Part shown: positions 18,900-27,908 of the stretch, in pieces
Position numbering within the stretch: position 1 is the first letter of the stretch
Layout: the number at the start of each line of letters is the position of its first letter
Source of the DNA: an uncultured Gemmatimonadales bacterium
GTDB taxonomy: Bacteria > Gemmatimonadota > Gemmatimonadetes > Gemmatimonadales > Gemmatimonadaceae
Reading direction: 5' to 3'
Assembly (NCBI GenBank): GCA_963707505.1
Contig: CAVPQB010000006.1
Location: 544,001 to 608,000 of the forward strand
Length of the DNA stretch: 64,000 nucleotides
Made by a program: the position numbers and the translations under genes
The notes under the pieces: model-generated
Databases searched by the model: none
What the model was told of the DNA's origin: nothing
Seen by the model: only the letters and a program-made list of their open reading frames with translations

Positions 18900-21010
18900 T
18901 CAGATCCCGACTTTCAGCGTGACGAACACATTGCGTGGCGGAAGCACGAAGTAGTACGACACGCCATCGCTCGCGTAGCCACTTCCGTATTTCTTGCTGT
19001 TCGTGAGGTTGTTACCGCGCACGAGCAGCTCCGCCTCACCGATTCGCCAGCCGATCGACGCATCCAGGTCAGCAGACTCTGGCAGGACATATCTGCGATC
19101 GCTCGTGTTCTCCAGGAACGATACGCTCTGGTATCGCCCCTGCACGGCGAGATCTATCGATGGCGTGAGCGCGAACTGCGCGCGCGCGAAGGTCAGAAAG
19201 CGCGGCGTGAGCAGCGGCTCGACGTTGTGGTACGTCACCGGCGCGTCGCCGGTCGAATCGGTGTATTCGCGGATCCGGTTCATGCTCGCGGTCGCGTTTG
19301 CCGGTGAGCATCCAGCGCGGGATTCCGCGATACGTGACGTCGGCCTCGATGCCGCGGCGGTAGCTCGACGCGACGTTCTTGCGCAGCGGGCTGCCGATGT
19401 AGCTGAGCGCGCCGATCGGCGCGATCTCGTTGCGGAAGTCCATCGAGTAGAGATTGGCCTGCACGTCGAGCGTCGCGCCGCGGTAGTTCGTGCCGATCTC
19501 GAGGTCGTGCACCGTCTCCGGTTTCACGCGACTCAGGCCGCCGACGAACGCGACGTTCGACGTGTCGAGATTGTCGAAGCCGGCGAACATGTCGTTGCGC
19601 GCCGGCTCGCGCGTGTTCTTGCCGTACGACGCGTATACCGACAGCGGGCGCGTGAGCTGATACGTGACACCCACTTTCGGATTCAGGAACGACCACGAGA
19701 TCGAGCTGCTCGGCGATGTCGGCGTGCACGTCCGGGCGTGTAGCGGAACTCGGCGTGCCGCGCCTGCAGGTCGCCGAACAGCGTTGCGCGCCCGCCGTGT
19801 AGCCGAGCTTGGCGAAACCGCTCACGTCCTGCTTGTGCCCTGTGTTGAAGTACAGCGGATTGTCGAGATCCGGATGCTGAACGCGGAGTGGTCGCGCGCG
19901 TAGCGTGTTCGCGTTCACGCCGACGTCGAGCCTGAAGCCCGTCGCGATGATAGCTCCAGTCGCTCGTCACGCCGTACCAGACGAAGTCGAGGTTGAAGTT
20001 TCGAGCGAGTCGAGCAGCACGTCGTAGTCGCCGCTCGCCGAGATGCGGTACGCGTCGTCGAGAACGACGACGATGGAGCCGAGCAGACGCGTGTACGACA
20101 GCGCCGCGAAGCGTTCGCCGAATCCGTCGCGCTCCTGCGGCGTGAGCGGATTGATGCGCCGATTGGTGTCGAGGTCCGGCTACTGGAACGGCGAGATACG
20201 CCATCGTGTCGCGCATCGTGCCGGTCGTCGCCGTGAACTTCACGATGTCGCGGTCGCCGAAATAGCCGCCGCTCAGAAAGCCGATGCGCCCTTCGACGCC
20301 GGAGTGATAGCGGTATCCGTCCGTCTGCAGACTCCGAGACGCGTCCGTAGAACGCGAGACGGTTCGGCAGCAGTCCGGTGTTGATACTCGCGCTCGCGCG
20401 CCGCGAGCCGAACGAGCCGCCCTCGAGCTGGAGTCTGCCGGCCGCGCGGCGCAGCGGCGAGCGGCATCGTCTCCATGTTGATCGAGCCGGCGTACGCCGC
20501 GGTGCCGTTGCTGCTCGTGCCGACGCCGCGCTGCACCTGCACGGACTGCAGGCTGTTCGCGAGATCCGGAAAGTCGGCGAAGTAGAGCACCTGATCTTCC
20601 GGATCGTTCAGCGGAATGCCGTCGAGCGTGAGGTTGATGCGCGACTGATCGATGCCGCGCAGCCGGATGTAGCTGTAGCCCCAGTAGTTGCCGGTTTCGG
20701 CGTACGACGTGAGCGACGGCGCCGCGCCCTGCAGCAGCGAGCGGCACGTCCTGCCCGAAGTAGCGCGGCTGCGATGTCGGCTGCGCGAAGCGTCTTCTGC
20801 GAGATCGGCGCGGCGCCGGAGCCGCGGACCGCCGAGATCATCACGCGCTCGAGCGTTGCGCGCGGCCGAATCGGCGCGCGGAAGTCGTGTCTCGGCTGCG
20901 TTCTGCGCTGCGAGCGATGCAGTGGCTGCGAGCGTGAGCAAGATGACGTCGCGCAGTGCGAACGCTCGGACGCGGCGCTGTAGCGCGCGGGGTATAGCAA
21001 CTCCACTCAT
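18900..21010 (-). CDS. TonB-dependent receptor, probably for thiamine (multiple frameshifts)
   Basis: Plug motifs YIRLRGIDQSRINLTLDGIPLNDPED, VQVQRGVGTS.NG; barrel VKPETVHDLEIG; downstream of a TPP riboswitch. Confidence 0.88.
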
Positions 21011-21015
21011 TTCAC

Positions 21016-21098
21016 TGACTCCCTACGCCGGTACGAACCGGATCAGGTTCTACGGGACTCTCTCAGCCTGCGCCCTTCGTGGGCAGGCACCCCGGTCA
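21016..21098 (-). ncRNA. TPP riboswitch
   Basis: Minus strand GGGGTGCC...GGCTGAGA..CCCGTAGAACCTGATCCGGTTCGTACCGGCGTAGGGAG, the canonical THI-box core. Confidence 0.95.
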
Positions 21099-21148
21099 AT
21101 GGATCAATTTACAAAGTGATGCGTGATGGCGCCACGTTCATGCGCGGA

Positions 21149-23038
21149 TCACTTGGGGGCTGTTTCGACTTCCTCGTCGAGGGGAGAGCAGAGCCACGCA
21201 TACAGTCCGACCGTGAAGATTGCGCCGCCCAGCAGCATGAGCCACAGCTGCTCGTGCCAGATGAGGCCGATGAATGCGATGGTAATTCCGGCAGCGGTAA
21301 TCAACGGCTTGACTGTTCCCGCTGGCACGTCGATCCCGAGCTCCGCCGCTGTCGATTCAGTCTCGCGCTGGTACAGCGCGGAGTCGTCGGCGATCGGGCG
21401 GCCATTATTGTCCCACAATGGATATCGTGACTCTATGGTCGGCACCACCGCGTAGTTATAGACCGGCGGCGGCGATAGTGTGGACCACTCGATCGTCGGT
21501 GCGTCCCATGGATTGTTGCCTGCGATCGCACCATGCCGGCGGCTTCGCAGAACGTTGATCACAAAAATCAGCGTCGCTACGGCGATGATGTACGCGCCGA
21601 TGGTCGATAGCTGGTTGTCCAGAGTGATACCCTGTGCGGCATCGTACGTATACACTCGTCTCGGCATTCCATTCAGACCGGCGAAGTGCATGGGGAAGAA
21701 GGCGAGGTTCGCGCCGATCAGCGTCAACCAGAAATGCCATTTGCCGAGTGATTCATCGAGCAGATGGCCGGTCACCTTGGGGAAGTAGTAGTAGAAGCCG
21801 GCAAACAATCCCATCATTGTTCCGCCAAACAGCACATAGTGAATGTGCGCGACGACGAAATACGTGTCCGTCTGCTGCAGGTCGGTAGGCGCTGATGCGT
21901 GCATGACACCGGAAATTCCACCGATGGTGAACATGCCGACCAGCCCCAGCGCGAAGAGACAGGCGGTAGCGAAACGGATCGAACCTCCCCACACGGTCGC
22001 AAGCCAGTTGAAAATCTTGATCCCTGTCGGGATCGCGATGAGCATCGACGTAACGCTGAAAGTAGCGTCGGCGACCGGCCCCATGCCCACGGCGAACATG
22101 TGGTGAGCCCAGACACCGAATGCGAGAAATCCAATCAGTATCAGCGAATACACCATTGCCGGATATCCAAACAACGGCTTGCGCGCGAAGGTTGGCAACA
22201 CTTCGGAAACCAGACCGAACGCCGGGAGAATCAGGATGTACACTTCCGGATGACCGAACAGCCAGAACAGGTGCTGCCACAACAACGGATCGCCACCGGC
22301 CGCAGGTTCGTAAAACTGCGTGCCGAAGAATCGGTCGAACAACAGAAATGTCAGCGCGATCGTCAGGACCGGGAACGAAACCAGGATCAGGAACTGAGTG
22401 ACGAATGCCGACCATGTGAATACCGGCATCCGCATCATGCGCATGCCAGGCGCGCGCAGGTTGATGATGGTCGTGATGAAGTTGAACGACGAGGCGAGCG
22501 TGGACAGTCCCAGGATCTGCAATCCGATCACATAGAAGTCCATGTTGAGACCGGGATTGTACAACCGCGTGCTCAACGGCGCATATCCGAACCATCCACC
22601 GTTCGGTGCCGCGTTCCACAGCCAGCTCGCGTTGATGAAGAGTCCACCGAGCAGATAGACCCAGTAGCTGAACGCGTTGAGTCGGGGGAAGGCGACGTCG
22701 CGCGCGCCGATCTGGAGAGGGACGAGGATGTTGAAGAAGGCCGCGCTCAACGGCATCAGAGCCATGAATATCATGGTCGTGCCGTGCATCGTGAATATCT
22801 GATTGTACAGCTCGGCGGACACCAGTCGGCCGTTTGGCCCAAAGAGCTGAGCGCGAATTACCAGCGCTTCGATCCCACCGAGCAGGAAGAATGTGAGCGA
22901 AGTGTAGAGGTAAAGCTGGCCAATTCGCTTGTGGTCGGTAGTGGAGATCCAGCTCCAGATACCACTTCTTCCTTTCCTTGCTTCCTGCGGCGCACCTTCC
23001 ACGGACGTCCGTGGAGGAGCGATCACCGTCGTTGCCAT
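21149..23038 (-). CDS. ctaD: Cytochrome c oxidase subunit I, A1 type, stand-alone
   Basis: TDHKRIG, TMHGT, FPRLN, FGHPEVY, WAHHMF, VAHIHY, GMPRR. Confidence 0.96.
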   Translation of the reverse strand: MATTVIAPPRTSVEGAPQEARKGRSGIWSWISTTDHKRIGQLYLYTSLTFFLLGGIEALVIRAQLFGPNGRLVSAELYNQIFTMHGTTMIFMALMPLSAAFFNILVPLQIGARDVAFPRLNAFSYWVYLLGGLFINASWLWNAAPNGGWFGYAPLSTRLYNPGLNMDFYVIGLQILGLSTLASSFNFITTIINLRAPGMRMMRMPVFTWSAFVTQFLILVSFPVLTIALTFLLFDRFFGTQFYEPAAGGDPLLWQHLFWLFGHPEVYILILPAFGLVSEVLPTFARKPLFGYPAMVYSLILIGFLAFGVWAHHMFAVGMGPVADATFSVTSMLIAIPTGIKIFNWLATVWGGSIRFATACLFALGLVGMFTIGGISGVMHASAPTDLQQTDTYFVVAHIHYVLFGGTMMGLFAGFYYYFPKVTGHLLDESLGKWHFWLTLIGANLAFFPMHFAGLNGMPRRVYTYDAAQGITLDNQLSTIGAYIIAVATLIFVINVLRSRRHGAIAGNNPWDAPTIEWSTLSPPPVYNYAVVPTIESRYPLWDNNGRPIADDSALYQRETESTAAELGIDVPAGTVKPLITAAGITIAFIGLIWHEQLWLMLLGGAIFTVGLYAWLCSPLDEEVETAPK

Positions 23039-23114
23039 GCGTCCATCCCGTGTGCGAAATGGGCAGAGCTCGAAGTGGCGATGCACGGACCATTTCGACA
23101 GTGCCTTCCGACCC

Positions 23115-23157
23115 AGTCTATGGCGATGAACGGTTGGCTGGAGTGACTTATGTCACG
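23115..23157 (-). promoter_or_regulatory. Class II Crp/Fnr-type promoter of ctaD
   Basis: AGTGA-CTTATG-TCACG 23142-23157; TAGACT -10 at 23120-23115; same 21-nt gap as the mrp promoter. Confidence 0.7.
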
Positions 23158-23169
23158 TTTGCAGAGCGT

Positions 23170-23892
23170 TTATCTCCCCTGAGCGCGTGCTCGCAGCTTG
23201 GCAACATCAGGAATCCGCATGCGCCCGCGCGGGAGTGATTCCACAAGGCCCGTGCGCTTGAGCTGTCGCATCGCCCGTGAAACGGATTCTCTGGCGCTGC
23301 CTATCTCCATCGATAGCTCTTCCTGTGTACGGTCGAGCTTGATCTCGATGCCGAACTGGGTGTTGGTTCCCGATCTTTCCGCGTATCCCACGAGCAGCAT
23401 TGCCAGCCGCGCAGCGACATCGTGGAACGCGAGAGTCTCCGTCACGTGAACGAGATGGCGGAGGCGCTTGCCGAGTGCACGAATTATGGCGTGGGCGATG
23501 TCCGGATGCTCGCGGTACATCGTCTCGAAGTCATCGCGCGCGAGAAACATCAGGCGTGACGGTTCCACTGTGATTGCGGACGCCGGATACGAGCCGCCGT
23601 CAAACAGCGGCAACTCGGCGACCGGGCGCCCGGGACCTTCGATGTGCAATACCTGCTCCTTGCCGTCAGGACTCGTACGATAGATGCGAACTCGTCCGGA
23701 CTGGATCACGTAGAGGCCACGGCACGCGTCGCCAGCGGCAAACAACACCCGTCCGGCGCCGAAGTCGCGCGCAACACACCGGGCCGCGAGCTGGTGAATC
23801 GCCGTGTCTTCCAGCTCCGAGAAGATCGCCATCTGCCTGAGCAGTTCGGCAATCCCGGCTGACGAATCTTCAGTCGATCTTTCCCGTATCAT
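23170..23892 (-). CDS. Crp/Fnr-family regulator (Dnr/HcpR-like, no FNR N-terminal Cys cluster)
   Basis: cNMP-type fold LYVIQSGRVRIYR.SPDGKEQ, ELPLFDG; HTH TQEELSMEIGSARESVSR. Confidence 0.93.
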   Translation of the reverse strand: MIRERSTEDSSAGIAELLRQMAIFSELEDTAIHQLAARCVARDFGAGRVLFAAGDACRGLYVIQSGRVRIYRTSPDGKEQVLHIEGPGRPVAELPLFDGGSYPASAITVEPSRLMFLARDDFETMYREHPDIAHAIIRALGKRLRHLVHVTETLAFHDVAARLAMLLVGYAERSGTNTQFGIEIKLDRTQEELSMEIGSARESVSRAMRQLKRTGLVESLPRGRMRIPDVAKLRARAQGR

Positions 23893-24668
23893 GGAGAGCC
23901 GATCCGGAGCGGCGACCACGAGGGGGGATCGCTGGCCGGAAAGCTGTCGACAGTACTGTCGCGGAATATCTCACGGTTGTCGCGCGCGCGACGTTGCTCG
24001 ATCGCGCTGTCGAACAGCGCACGCGTGGAGTCCACGCAGCTCTCGCCGACACATGTGAGCGGCGGTACGGAGACGATCCTGCGATTCCGGATCTTCGCCA
24101 TCGCGATCGGCGTACGCATACGCGTGCCGTCAGCCAGCATCATGGTCGGCGTTCCACGGACGTGATATTGCTCACGACCGATCCTGCCTTCCTCCTCGAT
24201 GGCGGCACGCGCGGCCGGACTCGCGAAGTCGCGCTCGAATCGTGCGAAGTCAAGGTCGGTTGAGCGTGCGATCTCCAGCAACACGCTGCGATCTCCGATG
24301 TTGCGGCTCTCGCCAAAGAACGCGCGTCGCACTGCGAGATCGAGCTCCATGGCGATATTCATTCCTTGCTGCCGTGCCGCCCATACTGCTTCGAATGCCG
24401 GAAGCGTGGTAGTTGGCCAGTCGGCCGCGGTGTACGGGACGAACGATGCGTCTGGCTCCTGAATCGCTGCGAGCCACCATTCCTGCTCCAGTACATCACG
24501 TGGCGGCGCCTCTCCATTGAGAAGCTCCAGCGGGAAGAAACGCGTGTATGCCAGCACGCGGCCGGCGTATTCGGGCTGAACACGATGCACGCGGACAGCC
24601 ATCACGTAGCACCAGGGACAATAATATTCGGCCCATTCCCACAATTCCGCGATCGATCGATCACTCAT
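23889..24668 (-). CDS. DsbA/FrnE-family thioredoxin-fold protein
   Basis: EYYCPWCY, VRGTPT; C-terminal DSFPASDPPSW tail; ATGA-coupled to the crp gene. Confidence 0.82.
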   Translation of the reverse strand: MSDRSIAELWEWAEYYCPWCYVMAVRVHRVQPEYAGRVLAYTRFFPLELLNGEAPPRDVLEQEWWLAAIQEPDASFVPYTAADWPTTTLPAFEAVWAARQQGMNIAMELDLAVRRAFFGESRNIGDRSVLLEIARSTDLDFARFERDFASPAARAAIEEEGRIGREQYHVRGTPTMMLADGTRMRTPIAMAKIRNRRIVSVPPLTCVGESCVDSTRALFDSAIEQRRARDNREIFRDSTVDSFPASDPPSWSPLRIGSP

Positions 24669-24732
24669 TGTTAGCGACCTCCCGTCACTGCGCGAGCAAG
24701 AATGTACTCGCTCGCCTCCGCATCTGCGTGAC

Positions 24733-24748
24733 TGTGACAATCGTCACG
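24733..24748. promoter_or_regulatory. Crp-type box between divergent dsbA-crp and DUF59 genes
   Basis: TGTGA-CAATCG-TCACG. Confidence 0.6.
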
Positions 24749-24786
24749 TTCACAGACTTGGCTGAGTACGATTATTCAATCTATCG

Positions 24787-25098
24787 ATGGAAACACACGA
24801 CACAAATGCGGCGGACATCTGGAACGCGCTACGTACCGTCATCGACCCTGAAATTGGCCTCGATATCGTTACGCTGGGTCTCGTATATGATGTCACCTTC
24901 GGTTCCGATTCTGCGGTACCTGGCGAGAGCGTCCGTGTCACGCATACACTCACAACGCCCGGATGTCCGATGGAGCGTGTGATAACGTCCGGCATTCGCG
25001 CGGCTGTGGGTCGTGTCCCCGGCGTCGTGACAGTGGAAACGAACCTTGTGTGGGATCCCATGTGGCACTCCGGGATGATCGCACCGGGCGCATGGTGA
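24787..25098 (+). CDS. DUF59/SufT-like metal-sulfur cluster assembly factor
   Basis: [20 protein letters not shown]...TLTTPGCPM...LVWDP.W. Confidence 0.92.
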   Translation: METHDTNAADIWNALRTVIDPEIGLDIVTLGLVYDVTFGSDSAVPGESVRVTHTLTTPGCPMERVITSGIRAAVGRVPGVVTVETNLVWDPMWHSGMIAPGAW

Positions 25099-25104
25099 TC
25101 CTTA

Positions 25105-25335
25105 TTACTTAGTCTCGCGTGGGTCGCAGCACTTCACGCATTCGAGCGTCTTGCCAAGAAAGGTCGCGCGACCCGATTCAGTCGTCACCCAGGTTCTGAC
25201 CTGCCACGGCGGGTCGTGCCGTACGTGTTGCGTGTGTCCGCACTCGAGATCGGCGACCCAGTGGTTCTCTTCATCCTGATGGAATCCGATTATCCGTCTT
25301 GGAATCGCCGACCCAGCGCATGCATCCCGCTGCAT
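25105..25335 (-). CDS. DUF3565-family small Cys/His protein
   Basis: IIGFHQDEENHWVADLECGHTQHVRHDPPWQ.R.WV...G..LEC.KC. Confidence 0.85.
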   Translation of the reverse strand: MQRDACAGSAIPRRIIGFHQDEENHWVADLECGHTQHVRHDPPWQVRTWVTTESGRATFLGKTLECVKCCDPRETK

Positions 25336-25366
25336 TACAAACTCCTTCGATGTCCGTCGATGTCGC

Positions 25367-26386
25367 CTAGTGCGACATTGTGGTGAACTGCTTTGGTGTT
25401 CCAACCTGCACCATCCCGACCGCGCCCTTCTCGGCGTCGGCGAATGAGTGGGTCACGAAGGGATACAGGCCTTCGCCACTCGCGTCCTTGTTGAATACCG
25501 CCTCGAACACGACTCCGCCACCAGCTGGCACCGGATAGGTCTGAACACCTTCCAGAGCATGACTCGGATTTCCGTCAGGATAGACACGATCGAATATCGC
25601 GCCGACGAGATGGAAGTCACTGTCGAAGTTCGGTCCGGCGTTCACTACATAGAAACGTACTCTGTCGCCAACCGCAACCTTGAGCGGGTGTTCCTTGTAC
25701 TGGCCCGCGCGACCGTTGAAGACAACGTAACTGGCCTGCTTTGCGCGCTCGGCGTCCCAGTCAGCCTGTACCACGCTGCTGTCGGCAGTCGGCTTGGTGT
25801 AGAACTCGCTCTGCACGATGACGAATTCCTTGTCGGCCTTTGTGCCCCAGCCATCGCGCGGATCCACGATGATCGGGAGATACATCCCCTGCATGATGTG
25901 CATGGTGACCGGCGGAGTTCCGCAGTGGACCATGAACGCGCCTGCATCGCGTGCGATGAACTCGAATGCTACCGAATCCCTGGGAAGTATCATCCGATAC
26001 GCGACGTTCGCCGCGATCTGCGCGGCGTGAAAGTCGATCGAGTGCGGCATGTTGGATTCGTTGACGACGTTCACACGAACCCGATCACCCTGCCGCACGT
26101 GTATTACCGGACCAGGCACTGTGCCGCCGAATGTCCATCCATCGTACTTCACGCCGTCCGCGATCTCTATCACGGCATTCTTGATCGGGATGCGGTATTC
26201 CTTGATGCCAGCGTCGGACGCGTCGGTCAGACGCGCGTCGTACACTGGTGTCGTGGCAGTTACGACCTTGTCGAAATCAATATGTTGCACCTTGTTCGCG
26301 CGGATCGCGTTGTCGGTGAACCCCAGTACACCAGCTGTGAGGACACCTGTTACGGCCAGCGCTGCAAGAATCTGTGTACGTGTCAT
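25367..26386 (-). CDS. nirK: Copper-containing nitrite reductase
   Basis: WTFGGTVPGP, PHSIDFHAA, VHCG..PVTMHIMQGM, NAGPN..SDFHLVG.IFD, YPFVTH; T1 and T2 Cu ligands present. Confidence 0.9.
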   Translation of the reverse strand: MTRTQILAALAVTGVLTAGVLGFTDNAIRANKVQHIDFDKVVTATTPVYDARLTDASDAGIKEYRIPIKNAVIEIADGVKYDGWTFGGTVPGPVIHVRQGDRVRVNVVNESNMPHSIDFHAAQIAANVAYRMILPRDSVAFEFIARDAGAFMVHCGTPPVTMHIMQGMYLPIIVDPRDGWGTKADKEFVIVQSEFYTKPTADSSVVQADWDAERAKQASYVVFNGRAGQYKEHPLKVAVGDRVRFYVVNAGPNFDSDFHLVGAIFDRVYPDGNPSHALEGVQTYPVPAGGGVVFEAVFNKDASGEGLYPFVTHSFADAEKGAVGMVQVGTPKQFTTMSH

Positions 26387-26452
26387 GATCTTCTCCGGAT
26401 GATGCGAGATGTTTTGTTTCTCGCGTGCGGTTGTTCCGCATGTTGCATCGGG

Positions 26453-26624
26453 AAGCTAGGAGGAATATGGCATCCGATCTGTCGGGCGAAGCTGGAAATT
26501 CGCTGCGGGAATCGCCCCCCTACGGGTAAAGGAAAACCCTACCCGGAGTGGCTCGTGTAAGGGATTCCCGTACATATTTCGTTGTGGCTCCCCGACTTTG
26601 GAGAGCCTTCGTCAGGGGTAGCTT
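26453..26624. promoter_or_regulatory. Divergent nirK / two-component promoter region with 17-bp boxes
   Basis: GTAAAGGAAAACCCTAC 26526-26542, GTAAGGGATTCCCGTAC 26557-26573; CCCGAC ends at 26481 (-) and 26596 (+), each 22 nt from TAGCTT (26458-26453; 26619-26624). Confidence 0.72.
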
Positions 26625-26630
26625 TGATTC

Positions 26631-27908
26631 ATGAGTGCGGCCGCCAAGCAGACTGTGTCTCAGCCAGATCAGGGAGAGCACCCGGAGGGAGAGATCCGTC
26701 CGGCGCCACACGGCGCGCTGCTGACGAGGCTGGAGCGCGCCGACCAGTCAATGCGAGGATTCCAGGATCGCGACACGGCCTTCGAAGCCGGCCTGACGGC
26801 GCGTCAGGCGGGCCTGCAGGGGGTCCGCAGCGTTCCTCGCTGGATCGAGCGCTTGCTGCGCATTCCATTGCCAGTCAAGCTGGTCGGCGCAAACGTCCTT
26901 CTGCTCATCGTCGCCGCAGTTACCGCGCTCGTGGTACGTCATCGCGAGCTGAGCACCGGTCCGGTCCTCACGGTCGTGATCGTCGCATATCTCGTCGCAC
27001 TGCTGCTGAACACGGGCCTGGTGATGCTCGCGGTTCGACCGCTTCGGGTCCTCGAGAAGACCGTCGACACGATATGGCAGGGCGATCTCGACGCACGGGT
27101 CCCAACTTCACTGCTCGCCGACAGGCACGTCACGCGTGTTGCGCGCATGTTCAACATTCTGCTCGACGGCCTCGTGGCTGATCGCGCGCGCACGCGCCGC
27201 CTCGCTGCGGAGATCATCGACGCCGGCGACAGGGAGCGCGCCGCAATATCACGCGAGCTGCACGATTCCGCCGCTCAGTCTCTCGCAGCGCTGGCGATGC
27301 AGCTCGGCGTGGCGATTCGAAGCATCGACGACGCACCGCCCGCCATGCTTCGCGAGCGGATCGAAGGCGCCCGGACGCTTGCAAACGGCACCCTGGAAGA
27401 AATACGGATGCTGGCGCATACGATGCACCCGCGCGTGCTCGACGATCTGGGCCTCATCGCAGCGCTCAAGCGCCTCGCGCGCGAGACGACGGATCATTCC
27501 GCCCGCTACGCAACAGCTGCGAAGGACGGCGCCATCGTCGTCGAAGTACTGGCGATGGAAGGCAGCGACGAGGCGCTATCGGCACCTGTCAAGTCGGTGT
27601 TGTACCGTGTTGCGCAGGAAGCGGTGCAGAACGCGCGCCGGCACGCGGCGCCCAGACACATCGAGATCCGTCTCGAGGCCGACGCGAAGTCCGTGACTCT
27701 GGAGATCGCAGACGACGGCCGCGGCTTCGATCTCGCCGCTAAACAGCGCGAACAGACGGGCATTGGACTGTTCACGATGCGGGAGCGCGTCGCCCTCGTC
27801 GACGGTGAGTTGCGTGTCACCACAAGACCGGGCGGCGGCACGTCCGTAGTTGCGTCCATGCCCCTGCACGATTCATCTTCAGCACATCCACGCGGAGCAA
27901 GTACATGA
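26631..27908 (+). CDS. Sensor histidine kinase (2 TM, HAMP, HisKA_3, HATPase)
   Basis: ERAAISRELHDSAAQ, LDDLGL, YRVAQEAVQNARRHA, DDGRGF, GLFTMRER. Confidence 0.95.
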   Translation: MSAAAKQTVSQPDQGEHPEGEIRPAPHGALLTRLERADQSMRGFQDRDTAFEAGLTARQAGLQGVRSVPRWIERLLRIPLPVKLVGANVLLLIVAAVTALVVRHRELSTGPVLTVVIVAYLVALLLNTGLVMLAVRPLRVLEKTVDTIWQGDLDARVPTSLLADRHVTRVARMFNILLDGLVADRARTRRLAAEIIDAGDRERAAISRELHDSAAQSLAALAMQLGVAIRSIDDAPPAMLRERIEGARTLANGTLEEIRMLAHTMHPRVLDDLGLIAALKRLARETTDHSARYATAAKDGAIVVEVLAMEGSDEALSAPVKSVLYRVAQEAVQNARRHAAPRHIEIRLEADAKSVTLEIADDGRGFDLAAKQREQTGIGLFTMRERVALVDGELRVTTRPGGGTSVVASMPLHDSSSAHPRGAST

